Shown here: positions 39,092-53,138 of the stretch, in pieces | How the letters are laid out: the number at the start of each line of letters is the position of its first letter | Position numbering within the stretch: the first letter of the stretch is position 1 | Source: Octopus sinensis | Taxonomy: Eukaryota | Direction of reading: 5' to 3' | Assembly: GCF_006345805.1 (NCBI RefSeq) | Contig: NC_043002.1 | Coordinates: 29,884,001 to 29,948,000, forward strand | DNA: 64,000 nt | Notes under the pieces: generated by a model | Told to the model about the DNA's origin: nothing | Database searches by the model: none | The model's input: the letters and a program-made list of their open reading frames with translations, nothing else | Position numbers and translations under genes: made by a program

Positions 39092-39596
39092 GTGAGTATA
39101 TGTAATGAGAGAATAACTAAGGTAGGGTTCCGCAAAGATGAAAGATGAAATTACGCTGCTGGTAGCGGTGCTTGGCAGTATTCTTGATGCTGGTGGTAGT
39201 GGTAGTGGTGGTGGTGGTGACGGGAGTTATAAGACGAAATATTTTGAGATAGAGACAGAGAGAAGACGTGAGGGGGGGGAGAGGGAGAAGGTGGAGAAAA
39301 AAAAGAAGCGAGATATTACAGACGAAAGAGACGAAGTAATCTCTATAACAATGAGAGGCATAACAAAGTAAAACCAAGAGGAATTAAGGGGAGAGAGAGA
39401 TAGGGGGGGGAGAGAGCTGATTGCTGAGAACACACACACAGACGTTCATACATATATACAAGCATACATATATGCATGCCTACATACTACATGAATGTGT
39501 GTATGTGTGTGTGCGTGTGTGTGAGTTTGTATGCGTGCCTGCGCGTGCGATTATATGTGTAAATTTAAATCTCTATATAGATGAATATATATATAT

Positions 39597-39627
<31 letters not shown>

Positions 39628-39745
39628 CATACGCACACACACATATATATATATACATATATATGTATTTTGTTATATATTACTACATGTATATATTAAC
39701 GTTTATACACACACACCCCCGCACACCCCCACGCACACACACACA

Positions 39746-39829
<84 letters not shown>

Positions 39830-39951
39830 TATGTAAGTAAAGACACATGTGTAATCGTTAGCGTGTTGGGACGATTACAGAATTATCACTCATCTAGCTA
39901 TGATTGCTTGCCAAAATTTCTTACACAGAAATACCACATATATTCTTTTAT

Positions 39952-40160
39952 AATCTAGGTACAAAGCACATCATTTTTAGGGAGGGGGCCAGTCGATTAG
40001 ATCGACCCTAGTACGCAACTGGTACTTTATTTTTTGACTCCCGAAAGGACGAAAGGCAAATTGGACCTTGGCAGAATTTGAACTTAGAATGTAAAGACAG
40101 ACGAAACACCGCTAAGCATTTCGCCCGGCGTGCTAACGTTTCTGCCAGCTCGCCGCCTTA
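39952..40160 (-). mobile_element. SINE family A
   Basis: ccgctaagcatttcgcccggcgtgctaacgtttctgccagctcgccgcctta head. Confidence 0.9.
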
Positions 40161-40439
40161 AACACTTCATATAATGACAGTATAAAGATATGGGTGAACA
40201 GTATTAAATCAAGTGTTTTGGGTTCTACAGTTATTAATGCAGCGGGATTATGGTATTCGGTTTCGAGTTCAAATACCATCCAAGTTGATTTTAACTTTGA
40301 GCAGCCCGGCGCCGAGAAACTAATAGAAAATGAGTACCAGCCACGCACAAGGATCAAATTAATCAACTAGACCTTCTCCCAAATTTGTTGTCTTGTACCA
40401 ATTTTGGAACTCAATTATACAGATACAGCATGTTCATTA

Positions 40440-41000
40440 TTACTGCTACAAATATATACCACCGTGATCACCCACACACTTACCAACAATAGCAACCAAA
40501 ATCACCCGTAAAATCTCATCACCATCATTATCACTGCAAACTCCACCTCTGGACCTCACCGTTACCGCGAAAATCTTCAACAACATTTACATCACCACTA
40601 CGACGACAATGACGACTACGACGACGACGACGACCACCACCACCACCACCACCACAACCTGAAACCTACCAGTCACTAACAATTCTGCTATCATTAATGC
40701 CACCTTAGAGCCCCCTCTCCAACACCACCATCACTTGGAATAAATCATCATCACTACCAAAATTACAACCATCATCACCTACATCACCAGCAATATCAAC
40801 ATTACCAGGGCCAGCACCTCAAACGCATTATTCCTACCACCTTTACCGCTAACACCACCAAAATTATCACCACTACCACACCACCACCACCACCCCCACT
40901 ACCACACCACCACCACCACTACCACCGACGCCACCATCGCCACCAGCACCACTGCCATCACCACCACCACCAACACCATCGCCACCACCACCATCATTTC
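40440..41000. repeat. Degenerate (ACC)n/(GAC)n low-complexity tract
   Basis: Direct reading. Confidence 0.8.
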
Positions 41001-42147
41001 CCTAAGAAAAAAATAAATAAATGGAAGAATTAAACGCCAAAGTACAAATAATTTCAAGAAATGTATTTCTTTATCGCGAAGAGCGTCTTTTTAAACGTTT
41101 CCTTGAGTATTTCCTGCTCTCTGCCTGCCTGCCTGTCTTTCTGCCTGCCTGTCTGCCAGCCTGCCTGTCCATCAGTCTTGTCCTTCTGTGTTGCCAACAT
41201 TCTGGAATTCTTTCTGTTTATTCTTTCTTAAACCCTATCTTTATTCACCCACACCACATTTTCTTCTTCAGTTTATCTTTATACTTTCATTTCTTTCTCT
41301 TTCCAATTTCTTTCATTGACATCACCATTATCACTATAATAATAACAATAATAATAATAATAATAATAATAATGATAATAATAATAATAATTATTATTAT
41401 TATTATTGTTGTTGTTGTTCTTGTTATTTTATTAATTTTTTTACTAAAGCACTTAATTAGAACAAAAGCGCTTTTGGGTGTAACATTGCTTTTTAGATGT
41501 TACAAAAACATGAAATTTTTTCCTCGTTTCCTCTCGTTTCAATCAAATTTTTAGCATGCAAATCATTTCTTTCCTTATCCACCCCTAAGACACAATAGAT
41601 GGAAGCTGTTTGGTTATGTTATGTTATTTATTCAATTTCTTTATATTGAATTTTTTAAATGTCTTTTTTTTTTTATTATTGTACTTCTCTTCGTGTTTTC
41701 CATCGTTGCTCATATTATCAATGAAATAAAACTGAAAGTTTAAAAAAAGTTTTTAAAATATTTTTAAACAAAAAAAAGCGTTTTTTTTTTTACATTTCTT
41801 TGCGATTGACATTCTTTGATTTTTTTTTTGTTGGGGATTTTTTTTCAAATTTCAATTTTGGTGATAGAATTTTGATTTTCAACTGTAAAACAAATGAGTT
41901 CAATACAGAAAGGCATATCGATATACTTAACGAAACACAAAATGTATTATCTAATAGAAAGAAAAAAATTAAACTTTTCGTAGTTTACTATCATATATTA
42001 AAAAGATTATCAGTCATTTAGGGGCAGAAACACTGTGTATGACTCTTTAGAGTGCCTTGAAAACTGGTGTGTGTGTGTGTGTGCGTGTGTGTGTCTGCGT
42101 GTGTATGTAAAAGATAGATGGATATAGAGAGATAGATAGATAGATAA

Positions 42148-42204
<57 letters not shown>

Positions 42205-42796
42205 GATATGCAGATTGCCAGACAGATAGATAGACAGAGATAGAGACAGAGAGTGGAGAGAAGGAGAGAGTATGGAGATATATATATGTTGTTCCTTAAC
42301 TAGTAATATGGTCCCAATGCTTGCAAAAGTACGGACACTTTTAAAGGCATCGAAGCCTCAGGTGATATTTTTAAAGTGAGAAGCGGATTACATAGAGACG
42401 AAACTAGAATTTGAAATACATCCTTTAGCTTTATGTCGTACTCTTGAGCAACTGTAGCAATTTATATAATAGAAATGTGCATTTGTTTTTCAGAAATACA
42501 TACAGATATTCCAAATGAAAATGCGAGATTGTAGCATTATTAATGAATTTAGCGGAAAAAGTGACTGGCCTCAAAGAGGACCGAAACTTTGCCGCACCAT
42601 TCTATCACTGCAATAATTAACGCAACCAAACTTATACATGTTACTTTTGACAATCTTTTTCCAAAGAGTGAAACCGGTAAAGTAAATAAACATCTTTTAA
42701 AATTGCATTTTCAAACCTTTCGTATATAATTCCACTCGTGCGGTACCCTACAACTCCACTTTGTTATATATATATATATAGCCCTTCGTATATGTA

Positions 42797-42838
<42 letters not shown>

Positions 42839-42849
42839 ATATATATATT

Positions 42850-43070
42850 TGCATGTGTGTCTGTGTTTGTTCCTTCCGCAATCGCTTGAGAACTGATGTT
42901 GGTGTGTTTACACCCCCGTAACTTAGCCGTTTACCGTTTGTTAAAAGAGACCGATAGAATAAGTCCTACACTTACACAGAATAAGTCTTCGGGTTGGTTT
43001 GTTCGAGTAAAAACGGTGCCGCAGCATGACCGCAGTCAAATGACTAATACAAGTAAAATAATAAAAGAAT
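42850..43070 (+). mobile_element. 3' half of SINE family B
   Basis: cccgtaacttagccg...gagaccgatagaataag...ggtgccgcagcatgaccgcagtcaaatgact. Confidence 0.8.
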
Positions 43071-43105
43071 GTACTAAACGCATGTATGTGTTATTTTATT
43101 CTTTT

Positions 43106-43680
43106 AAGGCGGCAAGTTGGCAGAAACGTTAGCACGCCGGGCAAAATGCTTTGTGGCATTTCGTCTGCTGTTACGTTCTGAGTTCAAATTCCGCCGGGGT
43201 CGACTTTGCCTTTCATCCTTTCGGGGTCGATAAATTAAGTACCAGTTATGCACTGATGTCGATATAATCGACTTAATCCGTTTCTCTGTCCTTGTTTGTC
43301 TTCTCTGTGTTTAGCCCCTTGTGGGTAGTAAAGAAATAGGTCTTTCGTCGGCCGCTACCTTCTGAGTTCAAATTCAGCCGGGGTCGACTTTGACTTTCAT
43401 CCTTTGGGGTCGATTAAATAAGTACCAGTTACGCACTGGGGTCGATATAATCGACTTAATCCGTTTGTCTGTCCTTGTTTGTCCTCTCTGTGTTTAGTCC
43501 CTTGTGGGTAGTAAAGAAATAGATATTTCTTCTGCTGCTACGCTCTGATTTCAAAATCTGCAGAGATCGACGTTGCCTTTTATCCTTTATGGGTCGATAA
43601 ATTAAATACCAGTTCCGCACTGGGGTCGATCTAATCGACTGGAGCCCTCCCCCAAAATTTCGGGCCTTGTGTTTAGAGCC
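43106..43680 (+). mobile_element. SINE family A trimer with headless units 2 and 3
   Basis: Unit 1 43106-43340 is full. Units 2 (43341-43523) and 3 (43524-43680) start at the internal tatttcgtc position right after aagaaatagg/a; unit 3 has a different tail. Confidence 0.9.
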
Positions 43681-43699
43681 CAAAAGAATCTTTTAATTG

Positions 43700-44052
43700 T
43701 TTCATTCATTTGACTGGGCCATGCTGGAGCACCGCTTTAAAAGGTTTTATTCAAAGAAATCGACGCTAGGGTTTATTCTTCGTAAGCCTAGTACTTATCC
43801 AATCGATTACTTTTTGCCGAACCGCTAAGTTAAGGGGACACAAACGCACCAGAATCGGTTGTCAAGCAATGGCAGAGCGAGGAACAAACACAGACACAAA
43901 GACACACTCTCATAAATATATACATACACAAAACACAAACACACACGACGGGCTTCTTTCAGTTTCCGTCTATCAAATCCACTCACAAGGTTTTGGTCGG
44001 TCCGAAGCTATAGTAGAAGACACTCGCCCAAGGTGCCACGCAATGGGACTGA
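43700..44052 (-). mobile_element. SINE family B (head truncated)
   Basis: tcatttgactgggccatgctggagcaccgc...cccaaggtgccacgcaatgggactga. Confidence 0.85.
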
Positions 44053-45493
44053 CGACTTTGACGTTGATAATGTCGAAATTGAAGTTGACAAGATAATCGA
44101 ATCTAAGACGAGGACAAGTCTGAGATTGATATTGACGCAATCGTAATGGATAATGTTGAATTTTCTGGGGAAACCCTGCATATATTGTCTTTCTTATATT
44201 AACCCATAAATGCTACCTGATATAAAATTTCCTTTTCGCCTTGTGGTGTAAATAAAATAATCATTATTAAATAGTTAAGTAGATATACGTTAATTGTGTG
44301 CAGATCACTACCAAAATCTATGTGGCGTTGTGCTTGTATGAAAATATTCTTTAAATATATCCTGGGAAATGACTTAAAGAATCTTTGAACTGTGTCTTCA
44401 ACAACATTTTTTGACCGCGAAGAGATCGTGAGAGAATATCGTATAGGCGATTGGAAACTGAGGACAAGTTTGTTCTGTGTATATGTAATAGATGTGTACA
44501 TGTGTATAAGCGTGTGAGAATTTATAAGATCTTCTTAACAAATTTACTATGCGTTTTATAGTATCAGATTTTGAACAGAAAGTCACCCTTCTGGGACGAT
44601 ACTGGCAAATGTATCGCTCACTAGAGAGAATCCTTCTCTCTCTCCCTCCCTCTCTCTATCTCTCTCTATATATATGGAGAAAGAAAATGAAAGAGAAAAT
44701 GAGAGATAGTCTGTTTTTATCCCTTATTCAGACGAGGGTGATATTGCCTAAATTACGTTTCAGGGCCACTCAAAGAAGTGAGGTAGGTGCCACCAAAGCA
44801 GTAACCAAAGTTGAATACGTACAACAGAGTGACTGCACGATTCCAAATTGCACTTAATAGGCAGGAGGTGATATCAAACATCACAGCGTATCATATCTAC
44901 CACCCAGATAGACCATGGAATGATTTGAACTTAGAACACAAAGAGTTGAACAAATACTTTTCTGCAGCCTGTCCGACGCTGCCAATCTGTCGCCTTTTCT
45001 TATACATATTGAATGTTAATTATTGTATTGAAAACTAGATAAGGTAAAACTACAGAAAGGCCTTTATATTCTAAAGTAACGTCGACGTATAATGTCAGAA
45101 AAATAGTGAACAGCTCTGCTATTGCTAAGTGTTGGCCTTTCAAAATCTCTGAAGATATTATCACATGTCAAGTTTCTGCCAAGAATTTTGACTATTTTTC
45201 TATAATTCTAGAATAATCTCTGACACTTCATTATCTTTCATATGTAGGTTTTTACGTGTCTGTGTATATAGATTCAAACATACAAACACACATGCAAACA
45301 TCCATAGCACATAGAAAGGCATATGTAAGTACACGTATATATATATGCATATATATATGTATACGTATATGCATTAACATGTATATATATATCTGTGTGT
45401 GTGTAAATGTATGTGTATATATATGTATATATGTATAATATATTTATGCATATGTATATGTGTGTGCGTGCGTGCTTCGGTGCGTGATTTCAT

Positions 45494-45536
<43 letters not shown>

Positions 45537-45995
45537 GTATATATAATCATATATATATAAATACACACATGTATATATGTATATATACATATACATATGT
45601 ACATATGTGTATATATATATATATAAATGCGGCACACAAAACTCAGAGAAGCACACCAACACGTAGACTAACGCTCTCTCTCGCTTTCTCTCTCTCTCAC
45701 ACACACATACAGATTCAGACATGTGTACATGATAATGTATTTGTTGCTACAGATATACACACAAACATATTTACAGACTTGTGTACGGACAAGACTGTAT
45801 ACATACACACGTATGCAAAATCTTGAGTGTGGGCGCATGGAGACAAGTCTCTGCGGGTATGCGTATATGGCTGTTTTCTAATATGATGCGAAAAACTACA
45901 CCTGTATATATAACTAGATAATTACCCAAATATGGGCATATATGTAAGGCATGCTACTATTATATATGCCTGCTCTCTCTCTCTCTCTTCTCTCA

Positions 45996-46038
<43 letters not shown>

Positions 46039-46217
46039 TAGATAGATATGTACCTACGTATAATTTACATATACGTATATATATATAATGTATATATCCG
46101 TATGGATATATGTGTATATTATATATATATATATACACATATATCCATACGGATTATACATTATATATATATATACGCATATATACGAATGTACATCCAT
46201 CCATCCATCCATCCATA

Positions 46218-46286
<69 letters not shown>

Positions 46287-46305
46287 GTGTGTGGGTGTGT
46301 GTGTA

Positions 46306-46759
46306 GGGTCCTCCCATAAATAATGCGGGTTTGTCAATTACATGAACTAAATGTTGGAGGGGGACGGGATGAACTTCCTGCATTAACTTGCCATAAAAGA
46401 AGGTAATAATTTTCCTTGTGCCTATTCTTAGTGCAAATTTCGAAGAGTGCACTTCTATTTTAAGTCATTTTTTTCAAAGCAATAATAGATATAACAAAGG
46501 AGAATATGCGACATATTTTGCATAATGAGTTCAATAAAGGCAACAACGCAACTGAAAGTGCGCGGAATATCAATGCAGTATATGGGGATCGGACAATAAG
46601 CGTAAGCCCTTGTCGGTGGTGGTTCCAGAAATTTCGAGTCGGAAACTACAGTCTAGAAAGTGAGCCTCGTCCTGGAAGATTTATAGAGATCGCAGAGTAT
46701 GTCCTGCGAACCCTGTTGGAAGAAATTCCATCGTAACTGTTGAGGAAGTAGCAGAGAAG

Positions 46760-46760
<1 letters not shown>
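46306..46760 (+). mobile_element. Mariner transposon 5' fragment (TIR and HTH coding region), cut off by (TA)n
   Basis: ta|gggtcctcccataaataatgcggg; ORF 46506-46736 RHILHNEFNKGNNATESARNINAVYGDRTIS...WFQKFRVGNYSLESEPRPGR is typical of the mariner N-terminal HTH. Confidence 0.88.
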
Positions 46761-46803
<43 letters not shown>

Positions 46804-47083
46804 ATAAGATCAAGTATAGAAATCCCTCGCAAATGGATGTCAGCATCCAAGTTCGTCGATTTTATCCAGTCTCAGTGAAATGTCAAAGATGTTAGTTTCA
46901 CATTGCCGAATATTGGTATAAATGATTTAAGTAACAGAAAAAGAAAACGGAGATAGTGGTGTATAAACATAAATTTATTTGAATATATTTAGTTCTGTGT
47001 AATATCAAATTTGAATACGTTCAAAGAAATTGATGTCTATACATCTGTTTCACCGTTTTCTTTTTCTTTTACACACACACACT

Positions 47084-47149
<66 letters not shown>

Positions 47150-47297
47150 AAGGTGCGAAACTGAAGAGTAACATCGGTCGATAACTGATGAAGAATTATG
47201 GACATTCTGTTTGTCTCCAGTTTGTTTTTACATTCAGTATACGTTCATGTCGTTTGTTTATACATGTTCTCATGTATATGTATGTATATATATATAC

Positions 47298-47640
47298 TTC
47301 AAACCTTTAGTTCTTTAAATTGTTTCAGCTCCAAAGTTGCGGTCATGGTGTGACACCACTATTGAGTGTGCTACACCATTATTTGAAACTTTCTCTGTTA
47401 TGTGGCATTAATTGAGGCAATTTAATGCTGCTGGCATTATCAATTGTGCTTCCTGCCGTAAGGTAGGCTCAGCTATAACCATTGACAGGAGTAGATACAG
47501 TTTTCATTTGAAGACACCTATATCCACACCATGCAGGTCTCTCGAGCATTTTGGAAGGACATTGAAGAACTGTGGGCCTTTGAAAACTATGATATTGCAA
47601 TATCTGGACCAATATTTTCACGGTCATGTTGGGTTTTTAG
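47298..47640 (-). mobile_element. 3' end of a CR1-clade-like LINE
   Basis: YCNIIVFKGPQFFNVLPKCSRDLHGVDIGVFK*KLYLLLSMVIAEPTLRQEAQ, homologous to FNILPKDLRNLH at about 14930-14970; 3' UTR gtggtgtcacaccatgaccgcaactttggagctgaaacaatttaaaga. Confidence 0.7.
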
Positions 47641-47771
47641 CACCAAGCATTGGCACCCAGTTCAGCTGTTTGCGTAATTTTTAATATATAAATAATAAAT
47701 AAAAAAAGCAAATATATATATATAGCATTTGTGTGTGTGGTAACTCTCCTCTCCGTAAATATAGATATACG

Positions 47772-47821
<50 letters not shown>

Positions 47822-48639
47822 TATATAATATATATATATATTATATATTATATATATATATAATATTACTATATTTGTAAATTTACATTTCTACATATGT
47901 AAATATAATGCGAAAATGCATTTATAAAAGATATACATACAAATGTGGTGTGTGGGTATTATACATATATACATATATATATATATACATGCGTGTGTGT
48001 GAGTGTGTGTTTTTGTATATGCATGTGTATGTGTGGATATATAATATTTATATATATATACACACATACATATACATCCATGTACACATGTACATATACA
48101 TATATACAAACGTAGAAATATTTAGTTATTAGATGTTACCCACGAAATCCTTTTCTCTCTCCCTTCTGCCCCCTCTGCTTCAACATATCGTTTGTGAAGA
48201 AGAGATAAGCAGTCACAGACGAACGGTCTATAATGATGCCTCAACATTCTTTCAGTGCTAATTCATAATCTATTTCAGCTGTTTGATTTATCATTAACTT
48301 GCCACTGCTTCCAAACTTGACACATACACACGTGTACAATGTTGACACGGTGCTACTCCATCTTGGTAAATCTTACGTACAGAATACATATATTCATATT
48401 TACGTATGCGTACTTACGTATGTTTCTATGTATGTATGTATGTATGTATGTATGTATGTATGTATGTATGTATGTATGTATGTATGTATGTATGTATGCA
48501 TGTATGTATGTGTATATATATATGGATATATATGAATATATATATAATATAATATATATATATATATATAATATATATATTATATTATATATGAGTAAAT
48601 ATATATATATATATATGTATATAAAATTATTTTATTTTT

Positions 48640-49015
48640 GTTATTCTTTTATTTGTCTCCGTAATTTGACTGCGGCCATGCTGGAGCACCACCCTGAAGA
48701 GTGTTAGTCGAAGAAATCCGCCAAAGGACTTATTCTATGTAAGCCTAGTACTTATTCTATCAGACTCTATTGGTGAACTGCTAATTTACGGAGTGGTAAA
48801 CAAACCAACATCGGTTGTCAAGCGATGCTATGGCTCAAACACAGACACACACATACAAATACACGCACACACAAACGCAAGCACACTCACATACGTACAC
48901 ACACGCGTACACACACGCACACACATATACGATAGACTTCTTTCAATTTCCATCTACCAAATCCACTCGTATGGCTCGATTTCGGCTCGAGGCCATTGTA
49001 GAAGACAATTTGTTT
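48640..49015 (-). mobile_element. SINE family B (head missing)
   Basis: gtaatttgactgcggccatgctggagcaccacc...ctttcaatttccatctaccaaatccactc. Confidence 0.85.
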
Positions 49016-49188
49016 ACTGGATGCGTTTTCAGTATGCAAATAAATATCCTTGACCATTTAGCCGGCTGTTAGGTGAATCGTTTTGGGGGAGTTGCATTGA
49101 TTTGTACTGATATAATGAAGGATAAGTATAATATTAATATCAATAACCTTTGGATGGAATTATGAATTTCATCCAAAGATAGTATATA

Positions 49189-49263
<75 letters not shown>

Positions 49264-49398
49264 TATATATATATACATATATATGTATGTATGTATTTAT
49301 GTATGTATGAATATGTATATATGTATATATATAATATATATTATATATATATATATATGCATATATACATACGTATATGTAGATACTTACATTTGTAC

Positions 49399-49439
<41 letters not shown>

Positions 49440-49859
49440 CATATGTGGGTACTGGACGTCACGAAGCGTATACAACAAAAAATACGGAGTACGAGTATAT
49501 GGGATATGGACTATTTTTTCGAACAACGAAAGACACAAACGGAAAAAAGACTAACAACACAAAGAACGACCCTTCATGAGTTTTAAAATCCACCTCATAT
49601 CACAGTCATTTTAGTTATTTAACAATGCAAAATATTATATTTCCTTGTAGTTAACGTTTTTCTCAGTAATAAGAAGTGTCAAAACTGAAATGCAGCGGAA
49701 TTCTGTCAGTGACGCATCATATTAGACAGGACAGTTAGGTTATAAAGAAAAGTGAACTGAATATATTTAGACTTTTTCCCCAAGTAAAGCTTACATGTAG
49801 AGTCAGGCATATATATATATATATATACCTATAAGGGTATCATGAAAGGCATCCACACA

Positions 49860-50027
49860 CACAAACACACACACACACGAGTGGCTTCCAGATTCTCCGT
49901 CTCTCAAGCATTGGTCAAGCCGGGGCTATAGTAGAACATATTTGTCCAGGGTACTGCGCAGTGGAACTGAACCTGCAAACACGTAGTTACAAAGTAAGCT
50001 TGTTAACCATTCATCCATACCTGTGCC
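49860..50027 (-). mobile_element. 5' half of SINE family B
   Basis: gcattggtcaagccggggctatagtagaac...gcgcagtggaactgaacc...gtgcct. Confidence 0.75.
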
Positions 50028-51190
50028 TAAGCGTTAATGCTAAAAATATATAAAATCATATAAACAAATGAATGATTCATTATTTGGAACCCACCGCAAA
50101 CATTTCATTGCGTATTTGGTTAAACCATTTTAATCTCACAAGTTTTTTTTCAAATAACTAACTGCAGTATTTTTCAGTGAGGTGGGTTAGTTATCATCTG
50201 CAGTCACATGTATTGACAAGGCAAGGATGGCAGCTAAAATGTGAAAAATGACTGAATATTCAAAAGATATATGCATTCTTAACGTAAATCTCTCTGAAGC
50301 AACGAGCTAGCACGCCGAATAAAATGTTTTGCGGCATTTCGCCCGTTTTTTACGTTCAGTGTTAAATACTCACCGAGACTTTGTACCTTTATTAGAAATT
50401 ATTATTAATGTAAATCTCAGCCTAAGCCAGTGTATTAAGATTGGATTTTTGAATTATAATGTCAGTCCATTCAATAAGTTTCTTTGAAATTTTCCTCTAT
50501 TCGAATTCACTCACACAGCCTGGGTCGACCTGAAGCAATAGAAAATAAACATACACAAAAAGCTATGTAGCAGGATCGAACCCAAGATCTCATCGTTGCG
50601 CAGCAAACTTCTTAACCACTCAACCATCTCAGACAACATTACCCAAAAGTGGTACGTTTTGATTTGAGATTTTCCAGTTATTCTTATCATGTCAACCAAC
50701 TGCATAGAATCTCAATCGTTGGTTGTTTAGTAGTCTACTAAGGCACGAATGACAGATAAATGGCAGCACAAAGGAAGCTGGCCATGTTCTATAAGACATG
50801 ACAGTTATTTCAGTTTAACTTCAAACTTAAGTCAGGAATCAATGCCTATTTCTTTACTTTCATCAATTTCATTCCTAATCCCTTCACATTACCAGAAGCT
50901 GTCATTTTGCTATGGACGCCGTGAATAAGAAAGGATTTCTCAGCTGAATCATATGATCTGCATAACACAAGTACTAACCGACAAATCCTGTTGGTTGAGA
51001 TATAATATTACATCGCATTCATACATATTGGAGATTATTCTTTCAATTATTTAATTAAAATACCACCAGTTGTCGTTTTCCAATCTCCCTCTTTCACTTT
51101 CGTTCTTTCTGACTCTCTCCGTCTGCCTTCCGTCTTTCTCTCTCTTACTCTTACTCTTCCCCACTCTCTCACTGACACGCATGTTTAGAT

Positions 51191-51503
51191 ATACATACAT
51201 ACATACATACATACATACATACATACATACATACATACATACATACATACATACATACATACATACATACATACATACATACATACATACATACATACAT
51301 ACATACATACATACATACATACATACATACATACATACATACATACATACATACATACATACATACATACATACATACATACATACATACATACATACAT
51401 ACATACATACATACATACATACATACATACATACATACATACATACATACATACATACATACATACATACATACATACATACATACATACATACATACAT
51501 ACA

Positions 51504-51531
<28 letters not shown>
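51191..51531. repeat. Long uninterrupted (CATA)n, about 85 units
   Basis: Direct reading. Confidence 0.97.
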
Positions 51532-51539
<8 letters not shown>

Positions 51540-51559
51540 TATAATATATATATATATAT

Positions 51560-51719
51560 AGGCACAGGAGTGTGCTAAGTAGCTTGCTTAACACCACATG
51601 GTTCCGGGTTCAGTGCCACTGCGTGGCACCTTAGGCAAGTGTCTTCTAGTATAGCCTCGCGCAGACTAAAATCTTGTGAGTTGATTTGATAGACGGAAAC
51701 TGAAAGAAGCCCGTTGTAA

Positions 51720-51772
<53 letters not shown>

Positions 51773-52005
51773 TGTGTGTGTGTGTCTGTATCTGTGTATG
51801 TTTGTGTGTCTGTGCTTGTGCCCCTAACATCACTTGACAACCCACAACTGATGGTTTTACGCACCCGTAAATTAGCGGTTCGGCAAAAGGAACCGATAAG
51901 ATAAATACTAGCTTTACAAAGAATAAGTTTTGGGGTTGATTTGCTCGACTAAAGGCGGTGCTCCAGCTGACCTGCAGTCAAATGGCTAAAACAAGTAAAA
52001 GAATA
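51560..52005 (+). mobile_element. SINE family B, full length
   Basis: aggcacaggagtgtgctaagtagcttgc...gttccgggttcagtgccactgcgtggcaccttaggcaagtgtctt...ggcggtgctccagc...aacaagtaaaagaat. Confidence 0.9.
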
Positions 52006-52030
52006 AAATAATTAAAAAGGAATATATATA

Positions 52031-52176
52031 TACTCTTTTACTTGTTTCAGTAATATGACTGCGGTCATGCTTGAGCACTACCTTTCGTCGAATAAATCGA
52101 CCTTAGGACATATACTTTGTAAGCCTAGTACTTATTCTATCGGTTTCTTTTTGGCGAACCGCTAAATGTCAGGGAC

Positions 52177-52179
<3 letters not shown>
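52031..52179 (-). mobile_element. SINE family B tail half, tail-to-tail with the previous copy
   Basis: tactcttttacttgtttcagtaatatgactgcggtcatgc...gaaccgctaaatgtcagggacg, then (TA)n. Confidence 0.85.
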
Positions 52180-52208
<29 letters not shown>

Positions 52209-52420
52209 GAATGTGTGTATATGTTGGTTGACCACCTCCTGTACCTACACCCTGGAACCAACATGGCATTTGGTGTGGCTTTTTAAACCAGATAATGTTT
52301 TTAAAAGACACCCACATAGATTGCATATCTGATTTGGACCCCCAAGAGCTGCAGATAAGTTCTGATCTTTGTGGATCTTTAATTGTGTGCATATATATGT
52401 ATATAAATTTAAATGTGTGG

Positions 52421-52454
<34 letters not shown>

Positions 52455-52461
<7 letters not shown>

Positions 52462-52740
52462 CTTTCATTCTTTTACTCATTTTAGTCATCAGACTTATGC
52501 CATACTGGGGCGTTGCCTTGAAGTATTTTAGTCAAACGAAATGACCCCAGTGTTTATTTTTTAAAGCCTGCTATATATTCTGTCGGTCCCTTTAAGGGGT
52601 GTAAACACACCAGTACTGGTTGTCAAATGATAATGGGGTACAAACACAGGCACGCGCGCACACACATGCCCACATAAACACACACACAAACATATTCGAC
52701 GGGCTTCTTTCAGTTTCTGTCAACCAAATCCACTTCCAAG
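52455..52740 (-). mobile_element. Degenerate SINE family B
   Basis: ttttagtcatcagacttatgccatactgggg...gacgggcttctttcagtttctgtcaaccaaatccac. Confidence 0.75.
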
Positions 52741-53138
52741 TCTTAGAGAGGTAGGTCAACTTTTTTTTTTATCAAAGAGCTCAACAAACAATGGCATATA
52801 TTATAAAATATCTGGGACAATGATCTTACACTTATTTATCGAAAGAAACGAAATGAAGTGAACCTCTAATATATGGCTTAAACAATATATACCTGAACTG
52901 CACTAATAGCATATATTTGTGTGCGTGTGCATGTATTTATCCGAAGACAACTATTGAGAAGTGTGACTCATTCGAGATTTTTAGGTAACATCTTATTCAA
53001 GATCGCTCTCTGTCTAGTATAGTGCTGTTGCTGCTTAATCTGGAGTAGTTCTCAGAATCAGTAACGCTCAGAGAGACCAAACAGAAGTGGAATGCCCTTT
53101 ATACGGTTTTATGTAATACTTATAAGGTGGAAAAGAAG

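Noticed and set aside
44050-44160. Short acidic peptide-like stretch (DDFDVDNVEIEVDK...)
   Set aside because: Frameshifted, with no catalytic motif or TIR to assign it to a transposase family.
47155-47200. GAAAC...GTA...CTGATGA arrangement suggesting a type II hammerhead
   Set aside because: Stem I does not close next to the core and no stem II partner is present; at most a fragment of a (TA)n-embedded repeat.
49438-49580. (TA)n-embedded insert with ctcatgaagg resembling a hammerhead core
   Set aside because: The core is mutated and no valid stem III or cleavage triplet can be formed.
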